From Candidatus Scatosoma sp. (GTDB taxonomy: Bacteria; Bacillota; Clostridia; Christensenellales; Borkfalkiaceae), in contig JAZRDM010000017.1 in NCBI GenBank assembly GCA_045660265.1, forward strand, positions 7,221-71,220: a stretch of 64,000 nt of DNA, in the 5' to 3' direction. Shown here piece after piece: positions 52,116 to 61,114 of this stretch. The translations under genes and the position numbers were made by a program. Numbering within the stretch: the first letter of the stretch is position 1; the number at the start of each line of letters is the position of its first letter. The notes beneath the pieces are model-generated. The model did no database searches. It had not been told where the DNA came from and saw nothing but the letters and a program-made list of their open reading frames with translations.

Positions 52116-52146
52116 AAAAAAAACGACGAGTTTCGTCGTTTTTTTA
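52116..52146 (+). terminator. Rho-independent terminator of the cassette
   Basis: A-run, ACGACG-AGTTT-CGTCGT, then TTTTTTT. Confidence 0.75.
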
Positions 52147-52154
52147 ATAAGTTT

Positions 52155-52170
52155 TTGTAATTGACTGCAA
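52155..52170. repeat. TTGCA-N6-TGCAA motif, copy 6 (TTGTAATTGACTGCAA)
   Basis: Differs from copy 4 at one position. Lies between the cassette terminator and the next RBS. Confidence 0.6.
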
Positions 52171-52184
52171 AAAGGGGGCGTTGT

Positions 52185-52628
52185 ATGCGGAAGTTTTTAT
52201 CTGGCGGATTGATTTTATTCAGTGCGCTTGCGGCGATATTAGGCGTGGCGATTTTTGCGTATTATTTATTAGTGGGGGAAGGAACTTTGGACTTCCCTGC
52301 AACATCGGACTTGTTTTCCCCGGTCTTTTATCGTTTGCTTGGGGTGTTGTTGACGGGGCTTTTGCTAATCATTTTTTCTGCGATAACGGTTAAGACGAAA
52401 AGAGGCGCAGGATTATCCATTATATTCTCTTTATTGGCAATTGCAGCCGGCGCAGTTAACGTATTAACAACGCGATTTAATTACGGAAGCGGTTGGTGGG
52501 AAGAGTTTATGTTGGGATTAATGCCTAATGGCCCTTGGGGGACTTTGATTTTTGCGGGGCTTTCCTTAATTGCATTGATATTCTTGATTTGCCTTGCGGC
52601 ATACAATGCCAACTGTGACGAAGAATAA
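52185..52628 (+). CDS. Four-TM membrane protein (147 aa)
   Basis: AAGGGGG then ATG at 52185. Four long hydrophobic helices. Its own terminator follows. Confidence 0.55.
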   Translation: MRKFLSGGLILFSALAAILGVAIFAYYLLVGEGTLDFPATSDLFSPVFYRLLGVLLTGLLLIIFSAITVKTKRGAGLSIIFSLLAIAAGAVNVLTTRFNYGSGWWEEFMLGLMPNGPWGTLIFAGLSLIALIFLICLAAYNANCDEE

Positions 52629-52645
52629 AAAAGAACTAAAAGAGT

Positions 52646-52670
52646 AAGGACGACGGGAGTCGTCCTTTTT
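52646..52670 (+). terminator. Rho-independent terminator
   Basis: AAGGACGAC-GGGA-GTCGTCCTT followed by TTT. Confidence 0.7.
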
Positions 52671-52684
52671 CATTGGAGAAAAAA

Positions 52685-55600
52685 ATGAAAAATAAAATAA
52701 AATCGGTCGTTATCGAATTTTCCAATGGGACCGAAGTCCCCGTAACAAAGCATTTGAATATGCCGTTTACGTGGGAATCGGCTTTGGATGAAACGCACGG
52801 CACGGCAAAAATGGTCCTTACGGAAATGAGGCAGCAAACGTTTGATAAGTATAACGTAAGGATAGACGAAGCCCTGAAAGTGAATACGCCCATAGAAATC
52901 ACTTTTGACGGGCAAGAAACGGTGATCCGCATGATCATAGCAAAAGATACGGCGGAGATGGTCAGAAAGGATAATTTCGCCACGTGGAGTCATACTCTCG
53001 AATTGGTTGACGAAACGAAGCGTTTGGAATTAGAGCCTGTTGATAATTTGACCTTTACGAATCCTATTCCGCGCGGTTTGTTCAGTGATAACGTTATCGT
53101 ATGGAATACGGAAATCAGCGCAAGTAACGGTTTGCCTGATAGTCCTGAAAACAGTTGGGTGCCGGGTACGTTCAAACAAATACAAGTCGTTGGCTCTACG
53201 ATTTCTTTTAACGATAATTTAAATTTATTTTCGTATAATGAAAATACGGCGATAGTTTCTTTTAATTTAAAAATTGTCGCGCCTAACGGGGCGGTGCAGG
53301 AAGAAATCTCGCCGCTTTCTATATCAAATAACGCTTACACAAATACCGAATACGCAATTCGTCTTAATCAAATAGGTACTCATTCTATCGTGATCTCTTT
53401 GAGTTATTTATGGAAAAAAACTCAGAGTGGAACAATATCATCCATCACCATTACCAAGACAGCCACATTCACGGTCGCGGAAGCGGACGACGCGCCTACG
53501 CCGTACACGATCAAGGACGTGATCGACAGAATATTGTCTGTAACGCCGACGAGAACGAAGAACGGCGAGAATAAATATACGTTCTACAACGACGCAGCGG
53601 AATACGCGACGGAAGAATCGCCCGAGTTTTCGTTTACGGGTAAGCATCTGTTTGAAGTAATGCTCGATATCGCAAGCTATAAAAAGATGTTTCCTGCGTT
53701 GCATAAAAACGAGGTATATTTCCGTCCGTTTAATACGGGTGTGTATTGGTCGGAAGACGAGCTCCCCGTTTGTACAAAGGCGATACAATGTAGCACGATC
53801 GACCAGCACTGCAACAATCTGGATAGTTATGTGGAGAACTTGGTTTGTCTTAACGATACGAGGGTGGGGACGGTCGTTGAGCCGTACGCCAGTGGTTACA
53901 TAACGCCGAGAGCGAAGGAAGGATTTGAGATTTCCGAAACGACGGCCATGGTCCCCACACAGTCGGGGATATATCAATCGGTCAAGTTGGAGATGGGCGA
54001 AGTCGTAGGAAAGCTCGTTGGGGATATCGAGAAGTATATTTATGAGAGCGAAGACTACGACTCGCTTGGAAACAGAGACGCATCCTATCCGTACAACAAG
54101 GCATACGCGCTTAAATATATCCGCCAAGCAAAAAATTATACCGAGCTTGGACACCGTATCATTTTGGATAATGATATCGAGGCGCTTTTAGCTCGTCCTT
54201 CGATTGCGAATATCGTTGAGGATATGGCAGGAGAGAGCGTTGGTGAAACGTTATGGACGTGGATCGGCGCAGATAAATCGGCACCGTTTGCCGATTTGTT
54301 GTTCCGCCCGACTTATATCCCGTCCGTGAATGCGAGAGTGCGGCAGTATAAGCCGATGTTCTCGTTCGAAGAAGAAAACGCGACGCTGTTTTATAATCAG
54401 CAGTCGGATCTTGTAGATAGCGAAGCGTTCGGTGAGCATTTAAAAGGATTCATTCAAAAGCTTGGTAACCACACGGAGATCCGCGTATATACCTTCGGGC
54501 GAATTGACGACGTGCCGAAGGTGGGGGATTTGGTCGGCGAAAAAAGCGTTTATAACGTGGCTATGACGATTTACGAAGACCACGTTGACGTAACGCTTTG
54601 TTTGGTCGATTATGCCGAATTATCTAAGTATATCGGCGTGAAAAATCAAATTAAAACGAGTGATATATCCATCTCCAAATGGAGTCAGCGATATATTAAC
54701 TGGGAAGAATTTTTTGTATTCACTCATAACGAAGATTATATCGGCACGGCGCTTTCGGTAACGCCCGAAGCGATGAAAGGGCTTATTGATTTTACAAACC
54801 AAAAGGCGAGCCCTTTGACCTGCGCGATGATCACCAACTACACAGAAAAGGGGAACGTGATCAACGAGATATTTGCGCCTATCAAGCATCTGGCAATCGG
54901 GAATAGTATTTATTTTCAATTCGAGATGTTGGATAATTTTGCGGCTGGGTATCAATCGGAAGAAGCTCCACTCGGAGCAACGAGTGCGTTAACGGGAACG
55001 AAATATAATCGTGCGCAATGCGCTGTTCGGTATTGTGATTCGTACGGTCGAACGGAAACGGTGGATTTTAAACTGTTGAAAGATGGGCCAAATTATGAAA
55101 ATTCAACGTATGCACTACCGAGTACGGTCAATTCTTATATAAAAGATAATGATGGAATTTACATTGTTTTTTATGAAGCTGTCGAAGTTTATCAGTATAT
55201 CCAAGTAATATTGGCAACAGAAACAACGGATGCAGGTACGGTTGAGTGGGTAGAAAATACTATTGCTGAACCGGGTGTAAACCAAGTTAAAATCCCTATA
55301 GTCTTGAACTTTGGTGGCACAATTTCGTCTAAGAACACTAAAATCGTTGCGATAGTAAGCCAGGTATGTCTTGACGAGGAAAAACATAAAGGGCAATATA
55401 TGAGATCGCTGGCGTATGCTTATCCAGAAAAACCGAGCTGGCTGAAACTCAAAGAGGGGATGAATTCGCCTGTGTTCAAAATATACGACCTGCTCGTTAA
55501 AAAGAACTCGTCGGAAGCGTTGAAGTATGCAGCGCAATATCATTTCCGCCAAGAGCATAAAAACTTTGTGCTCGGCAGCGGTATGTCGAATTTCTGTTCG

Positions 55601-56233
55601 CTTGTCGGCGGTTCGTGTCAAGCGTTACACTTGTTTATCGCCAACGTACCGATCAATCGTTTTGAACGGCATATAAAGCTGGACGATACAAGTAAGTACA
55701 TCGTCTTAGATGCTTTGCCTACCTTTGCCGTCAATGAGAATAAAGAGCGCATAGAGATTACATTGCCTGCAAGCGTGAACGGTTATTATGAAACGTTAGG
55801 CAAAACAAGCGAGGAATACAAAAAGACGTGCCGTAGCTGGGGGCTTGTCGGCATGGACCGATACGGAAATTATCAACTGATTTTCGGTGAAAACCGTGAC
55901 GGCGTGAACGAGTTTGACGAAATGCTGTATCTTGTGCCGATAGCTAAGATTAACGAGCTTAAACAAAAAGCTACTTATACTTTGACATGTGAAAGCTCGA
56001 ATGCATCGCATAGTTTGTACGTTGATGGGTTGCTTGTTGTTTTTGAGAACAATGCAACTGAAATTCCTCGCAATGCGGTTGTGACCGTTGAAAATACACA
56101 TATCCGTTCTTTTAAATTTACGTTGGATGGCGTTACGCAATCAATAGGGGCGGGAAGATCGATTACATTTACGATGAGTAAAGATATGACGTATAAGGTC
56201 TACGATGGTTATAATGGGCCAGTTATTATGTAA
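52685..56233 (+). CDS. Large tail/baseplate protein (1,182 aa)
   Basis: GGAG then ATG at 52685. Size and position upstream of the fibre gene. No enzymatic motif recognised by eye. Confidence 0.5.
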   Translation: MKNKIKSVVIEFSNGTEVPVTKHLNMPFTWESALDETHGTAKMVLTEMRQQTFDKYNVRIDEALKVNTPIEITFDGQETVIRMIIAKDTAEMVRKDNFATWSHTLELVDETKRLELEPVDNLTFTNPIPRGLFSDNVIVWNTEISASNGLPDSPENSWVPGTFKQIQVVGSTISFNDNLNLFSYNENTAIVSFNLKIVAPNGAVQEEISPLSISNNAYTNTEYAIRLNQIGTHSIVISLSYLWKKTQSGTISSITITKTATFTVAEADDAPTPYTIKDVIDRILSVTPTRTKNGENKYTFYNDAAEYATEESPEFSFTGKHLFEVMLDIASYKKMFPALHKNEVYFRPFNTGVYWSEDELPVCTKAIQCSTIDQHCNNLDSYVENLVCLNDTRVGTVVEPYASGYITPRAKEGFEISETTAMVPTQSGIYQSVKLEMGEVVGKLVGDIEKYIYESEDYDSLGNRDASYPYNKAYALKYIRQAKNYTELGHRIILDNDIEALLARPSIANIVEDMAGESVGETLWTWIGADKSAPFADLLFRPTYIPSVNARVRQYKPMFSFEEENATLFYNQQSDLVDSEAFGEHLKGFIQKLGNHTEIRVYTFGRIDDVPKVGDLVGEKSVYNVAMTIYEDHVDVTLCLVDYAELSKYIGVKNQIKTSDISISKWSQRYINWEEFFVFTHNEDYIGTALSVTPEAMKGLIDFTNQKASPLTCAMITNYTEKGNVINEIFAPIKHLAIGNSIYFQFEMLDNFAAGYQSEEAPLGATSALTGTKYNRAQCAVRYCDSYGRTETVDFKLLKDGPNYENSTYALPSTVNSYIKDNDGIYIVFYEAVEVYQYIQVILATETTDAGTVEWVENTIAEPGVNQVKIPIVLNFGGTISSKNTKIVAIVSQVCLDEEKHKGQYMRSLAYAYPEKPSWLKLKEGMNSPVFKIYDLLVKKNSSEALKYAAQYHFRQEHKNFVLGSGMSNFCSLVGGSCQALHLFIANVPINRFERHIKLDDTSKYIVLDALPTFAVNENKERIEITLPASVNGYYETLGKTSEEYKKTCRSWGLVGMDRYGNYQLIFGENRDGVNEFDEMLYLVPIAKINELKQKATYTLTCESSNASHSLYVDGLLVVFENNATEIPRNAVVTVENTHIRSFKFTLDGVTQSIGAGRSITFTMSKDMTYKVYDGYNGPVIM

Positions 56234-56245
56234 GGAGAAAATCTT

Positions 56246-59200
56246 ATGAAGGAAAATATCATTAGGGCAATTTTATATCAAGATCAGTCGGTTAAGTGGA
56301 AGGTAGCCGGCGACGAGCTGAAGGACAGCGTCAACATCCATTTAAACGTGCATCAAAAAGCAAGACAATTCGTCGAGGTTGAACTCGGCGATTTTATTTT
56401 ATCCGACGGTGAGGCAGTGCTTGTTGCGTTTGAAAAGACAATCGACGGGGAGGTTAACCACATCAATCCGACGTGGATGCGGCCGATTGACGATGATGCA
56501 AATGCGTTTCGTTTGCAAATTCCTACGCTCGTGCACAACACGCCGGGGGAATGGGGTATCCAGTTTTTTATTGCAGTTGACTACAATACGATAACGGGCG
56601 AATATACCGACATTTATCCTTTCGATAAAGCAAAGTTTAGCGAGTATTCTTCGTTTATCGACGACGGCTTGACTGTTCCGTCGAGCGAGAATTTGTCTGC
56701 ACTCTACGAACAGGTTGTTGCCGAGAGAGAAGAAGCTAAAGAGCAAGCGCTCAATGCCGGCAATGCAGCGGATAATGCGCAAGCGAGCGCCACGCAGTCG
56801 GCGGAAATTCTGCAAGAAGTTAAAGCTCATACGTCAGCCTTGTATAGATACAAAGGCTCGTTGAAAAATTACGAGGATTTGCCTACATTGGAGACGGCTG
56901 ATATTCAAGTCGGAGATACTTATAATGTGGAAAACGCCTATAAAGATTATCCCGAAGGTACAAATTTTGCGTGGAACGGGGAAACTTGGGATGCGCTTGC
57001 AGGGACGATCAATGTCGAAAATATGGCAAGTGAGAGTATTTTTACAATCAATGCAGAGACAAGTGTAGAATACAATTTTTTTGGTAAAATTGCAAACTTG
57101 AAAAAAGATTGGGGTGACGGTACGGTTGACTATTTGCCTAATCATACTTATAGTTTAAGTGGTAAATATTTGATTAAAGTGTATGGATTATCGTGTATTG
57201 ACCTCGATGAATTTGACAGCGATGGAATTGTATCAGATATAGGTAAATCATTATTAGAGATTTATCTGTCCAATAATATAAGATTTATCGATAATTCTGC
57301 TTTTGCGATTTGTCCTGTTTTGAAAAGTATATATACGGGTGGGGCTAGATATATCGGGAGAGATGCTTTTTGTTATTGTGATAGATTAAATAAGGTAGTA
57401 TTTGGTGAATCGTTGCAACGTATTGACTCTCAGGCATTTATGGATTGCGCGAGATTGCGTACGTTAGAGTTTAAAGGGGCAACGCCTCCGACTATAGATG
57501 CGAGTGCATTTGATTACGTTACGACAATAGAAAAAGTCATTGTACCGCGTGAAAGCGTGGAGGCGTATTCGGAATTATTCAGCTTATTAGGTTTTGAGGT
57601 GAAAAATATTATCGATGCAAATGCCACGCTTGCCGACTTGACTAAATCAATCAACAGCATGGTCGAATCGCTACCGCAGGCAGATTATGAGCAAAACGAC
57701 GAAACAGCAATGGACTATATCAAAAACCGTCCTTTTTATGAAGATAGTGGGAAAGAGTTGTCTTGGGACGGTAGCACAGAAGGCAGGGATAGTTTTGATA
57801 TTGGCGAAGGTAATGTATATTACAAAATTAGCGATAATTTATTGGTAGCCGATGATTTCTCCTCGGATACTAAAATTTATTTGGCAATTGAAGGGACCGA
57901 CGCGGAAATTGGCAAATATACAATTGAAGAGACAGAATTTTCTCTTTTGGCATATACCGATCGGCCATTGGTTTTTGTGGTGAAAGATAAGGATGCGGCA
58001 AATAGAGAAATAGGTGTAGATCTGATTCAATCTAATGGGACATATTTCCTTTTGACTGACAGCGATGATGAATATATTTATACAAGTAAAATTTTAAAAT
58101 CCAGTACAGTCAAAAAAATAGACGAGAAGTTTTTGCCTGATTTCATCTCCAAAATTGTTGAAGGAAGTTTACCGCTATATTCAATTCCTTTTTGGGACGG
58201 GGAGAAATTTGTGCCGTTAGAGGCAAAAACTTATGCCGATGGTCGACAGGTATACTTTGCTGAAGATAACTTGCAGTTAGCATTACAGTCTAATATGGTA
58301 CGTCTTCGCAGATTTGCTAACGCCGATCGCAGAGAGGATTTTCGCGAAGTTAACTTATCCGCAGCCGGAGGTTTTCAATTTAATAACTCCGCGCGAAGCG
58401 TTATCTACGGTAGTGATTATGTCTCAGTAACCCCTGTACTTTCTGCAAACGCCAACGGCACATATACTTACGACTACAGCAAAACGATAAAGCTTTATTT
58501 ACCTAATCGAACAGGTACGATTGCAACTGAAGAGTATGTAAGTTCAAACTACTTGAAAAAAGGCGAAGATTTTGTCGTTGATGAAAGAAACCCCGACGTG
58601 GTTATGCCGGATGGAGAGCCAGCAGGTAAAACAGCAACTTACGGTACTGAAACTGTAATTGTTAATTGTGATGTATCCGCTAATATAAAAGAAGAAAGCA
58701 CGCTTAAAAGTGATAGATTGTCATTATATAGCGATAAGTTTAGCGGTGTGTTTAAGGTAAAAACTGAATATAGAAACGGCACGATATACCACAAGAGCGA
58801 GGATTATGGGAATAATATTGATAACTACGAATGTACGTTGCAACTGCCCAAAGAAGATGGAACGCTTGCAACTGAAGAATCAGTCAAAAAGATTTTAGAA
58901 GGTTTACCTCAAAAAGCTGGTTGGAAAATTGTCAAGTATCAATTGAATCATTCTTTCAGTTTTACAAGTTCGGGAATCAACCATTCAGGGTTTGGTAGCT
59001 TTATAGAGTACGAAAAGATCGGTGATAGTGCGAAACATATCATTACGGCAGATATCCAAGTCACTTCAAGTGAGACAACGGATTTGCCTGAATCGTACGG
59101 ATTTTTAGGGATGACAGCAACGGCGTGGAAAAGTAAGGGTATGGCAGTTAACGCTCTTTTCCCTGCAGGATTTAAAGACGCAACCAAATATACGCACATG

Positions 59201-59437
59201 ACAGTTGACAAGTATCAGTTAATTACTGACCAAACTGAAGGTGCTGTGGGTGCGTTAAGCGGTATAGGTGTGATATCGCCTCAAGTATATGCAGTAAGAA
59301 CTAATGGTGAGTACGCAGCATCTGTTTGGGGTATGGCTGTGCAATTCTCAGATACTAACAGCGGTCAAGCTATGAAGATTGACGGTAAGCATATTGTTTT
59401 GACTTTTTACGACTTCCATACTGTGACGGATGCATAA
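56246..59437 (+). CDS. Tail fibre / receptor-binding protein with BspA-type leucine-rich repeats
   Basis: N-terminal BppU-like region, coiled coil, then the motif YRYKGSLKNYEDLPT...VGDTYNV...NFAWNGETWDALAG common in Firmicutes phage fibres. LRR_5-like block IRFIDNSAFAICPVLKSIY...IGRDAFCYCDRLNKVVF...IDSQAFMDCARLRTLEF. Confidence 0.65.
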   Translation: MKENIIRAILYQDQSVKWKVAGDELKDSVNIHLNVHQKARQFVEVELGDFILSDGEAVLVAFEKTIDGEVNHINPTWMRPIDDDANAFRLQIPTLVHNTPGEWGIQFFIAVDYNTITGEYTDIYPFDKAKFSEYSSFIDDGLTVPSSENLSALYEQVVAEREEAKEQALNAGNAADNAQASATQSAEILQEVKAHTSALYRYKGSLKNYEDLPTLETADIQVGDTYNVENAYKDYPEGTNFAWNGETWDALAGTINVENMASESIFTINAETSVEYNFFGKIANLKKDWGDGTVDYLPNHTYSLSGKYLIKVYGLSCIDLDEFDSDGIVSDIGKSLLEIYLSNNIRFIDNSAFAICPVLKSIYTGGARYIGRDAFCYCDRLNKVVFGESLQRIDSQAFMDCARLRTLEFKGATPPTIDASAFDYVTTIEKVIVPRESVEAYSELFSLLGFEVKNIIDANATLADLTKSINSMVESLPQADYEQNDETAMDYIKNRPFYEDSGKELSWDGSTEGRDSFDIGEGNVYYKISDNLLVADDFSSDTKIYLAIEGTDAEIGKYTIEETEFSLLAYTDRPLVFVVKDKDAANREIGVDLIQSNGTYFLLTDSDDEYIYTSKILKSSTVKKIDEKFLPDFISKIVEGSLPLYSIPFWDGEKFVPLEAKTYADGRQVYFAEDNLQLALQSNMVRLRRFANADRREDFREVNLSAAGGFQFNNSARSVIYGSDYVSVTPVLSANANGTYTYDYSKTIKLYLPNRTGTIATEEYVSSNYLKKGEDFVVDERNPDVVMPDGEPAGKTATYGTETVIVNCDVSANIKEESTLKSDRLSLYSDKFSGVFKVKTEYRNGTIYHKSEDYGNNIDNYECTLQLPKEDGTLATEESVKKILEGLPQKAGWKIVKYQLNHSFSFTSSGINHSGFGSFIEYEKIGDSAKHIITADIQVTSSETTDLPESYGFLGMTATAWKSKGMAVNALFPAGFKDATKYTHMTVDKYQLITDQTEGAVGALSGIGVISPQVYAVRTNGEYAASVWGMAVQFSDTNSGQAMKIDGKHIVLTFYDFHTVTDA

Positions 59438-59446
59438 GAGGTGATT

Positions 59447-59932
59447 ATGGAAAGAAAAATAATTATAAAAAACGGAGAGGGGCGTTACGATACGCCTCTC
59501 TTTACTTTAAGCGATAACGAGAGTCTAAAAATAACGATTGATATGCATTTGTCGAAAGATGGAATGTATCGTTATATGGCGCAGCACGGGCAAGAAAAGA
59601 TGTGCATTGTTTTGGCGGATAAGTCGATGGTCGAATTATCTGCTGAGTGGCTTAAAAAAGGTGGCGTAGAGCCGATTATTTCCACGCTTGAATATTGTGA
59701 CAAGACGGGCACGGTTATCTATAAAAAGTACAATATAGAGCCTTTGAACGTCCTTGAACGCGGCGTAAATAAAGAGTATTCCGCGGCGATTCAAGCATTG
59801 GAAAAAGCGTTTGAGGAGTTTAAAGAGGAAAGAGTGGGAGATTTGAAAACCTTCAAAGACTCGATCGAACAAATTAACAATAAACTGCAACAGTTTGAAG
59901 ACGACGGTGTGCCCGTTCTTACAGAAAAATAA
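59447..59932 (+). CDS. Hypothetical protein with C-terminal coiled coil (tail-fibre accessory?)
   Basis: AAGAGG then ATG at 59447 (the track starts at GTG 59441). Assigned by position only. Confidence 0.4.
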   Translation: MERKIIIKNGEGRYDTPLFTLSDNESLKITIDMHLSKDGMYRYMAQHGQEKMCIVLADKSMVELSAEWLKKGGVEPIISTLEYCDKTGTVIYKKYNIEPLNVLERGVNKEYSAAIQALEKAFEEFKEERVGDLKTFKDSIEQINNKLQQFEDDGVPVLTEK

Positions 59933-59945
59933 CAAGGAGATTATT

Positions 59946-60662
59946 ATGAGAAAGAAAATGTTAATTCTTGCCGTCATTTGCGGCGTGTTTGTTTTTGGGT
60001 TTACGGCAAAAGGAACCGTTTGCGCGAAGGCAGAAGAGCCTGTAATAAGTGAAAGTGTTGTGATCGATAACACCGCCGATAGCTCTGTTGAGTTGGAGAG
60101 CGGTAAAGATACCGACGAGGAAATCGAGACTACGCTGGGTGGATCTCTTGACGAACTTCTTGGAAAAGAAATGACCAACGAAGAAAAGTTGGAGATTATT
60201 CTCGATATAGCCGAAGTCTTTGCAATAAAGGCGGATGTAAACGACGAGTGGACGGAGGCAGTGGAAAATCTTAAAAATGCAGCAAGTGAAAAGAAAGTCG
60301 ATTTAATGGTTTTTGTATCATGCGGCGAGATATTACTGCTCCTGGCGTACATTATTGTAAAAGCGGTGAATAAGGCGAGAAAAGCAAAGACTGATACGAC
60401 AGCAATCGATTTGGCGTCGATAAAAACGGCGAGCGGGCAGCAGACCAAAGCCGTCAACGCGTTAATCAAAGAAGAAGAAAACGTTGCCGCAGGCGTGCAG
60501 GATAATACGAACCGCGAGAAAAATTTGGCGTCGGCGATTGAATTGCAAAACGTTGCGTTGCGGAGCTTGATCCATGGAATCCAGTTGAAACAAGACTTCC
60601 GCGAAGAAGGATTAAAAGCATTGCGTGAATCGGACGAGCATTGCGATAATGCAAAGAAATAA
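59946..60662 (+). CDS. Bitopic membrane protein: signal peptide, acidic ectodomain, one TM helix and a cytoplasmic coiled coil
   Basis: ATG at 59946 after AAGGAG. MRKKMLILAVICGVFVFGFTA... and the later helix LMVFVSCGEILLLLAYIIV. Confidence 0.5.
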   Translation: MRKKMLILAVICGVFVFGFTAKGTVCAKAEEPVISESVVIDNTADSSVELESGKDTDEEIETTLGGSLDELLGKEMTNEEKLEIILDIAEVFAIKADVNDEWTEAVENLKNAASEKKVDLMVFVSCGEILLLLAYIIVKAVNKARKAKTDTTAIDLASIKTASGQQTKAVNALIKEEENVAAGVQDNTNREKNLASAIELQNVALRSLIHGIQLKQDFREEGLKALRESDEHCDNAKK

Positions 60663-60673
60663 GAGGTGGGGCT

Positions 60674-61114
60674 ATGACATTTAAGCATTCAAAGCGATGG
60701 TATTTTTTTGCGAGTTTGTTTGCAAAGCTTGGCGCCTATGCTTTCTGTGTTTGCCCTCCGTTGATTGCGGCAATTGTCAATTTTCCGATTATGATTACGA
60801 AGAATAGTGATAGCACGGTATCGATTGCATTTATAATTGCGGTCGTAATATCGTTAGCTGTGGTCCTGCAAGCTGTGATTAAAGCGTTCAAAAATAACGG
60901 ATTACTCGCAGTTGCGGTTATTCTTGCCTTGGTTGCCGGGGTATTGGTATGCGTTTATAATATGGAGAAATCAACAATCGAAGGACTTGCGTGGGTGGCT
61001 GGCTGCGGTGCTGTTGGAATTCTAATAGCGATCGGGTTATTTAAGCTCCATGATGTTTGGAATAATTTATATCAGCATTGCGGGGAAGTTTACGGGGTGA
61101 TTGAGACGAAATGA
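60674..61114 (+). CDS. Four-TM small membrane protein (holin-like by position only)
   Basis: 146 aa, four hydrophobic helices. Confidence 0.45.
   Translation: MTFKHSKRWYFFASLFAKLGAYAFCVCPPLIAAIVNFPIMITKNSDSTVSIAFIIAVVISLAVVLQAVIKAFKNNGLLAVAVILALVAGVLVCVYNMEKSTIEGLAWVAGCGAVGILIAIGLFKLHDVWNNLYQHCGEVYGVIETK

Noticed and set aside
52685-59437. A possible diversity-generating retroelement targeting the tail fibre.
   Set aside because: No reverse-transcriptase ORF was found. I found no template/variable repeat pair with adenine-specific differences near the 3' ends of the tail genes.
59636-60688. 350-aa minus-strand ORF across 59447-60662.
   Set aside because: It is antisense to two plus-strand genes that have RBSs and signal/TM features. 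All other late genes are on the plus strand.
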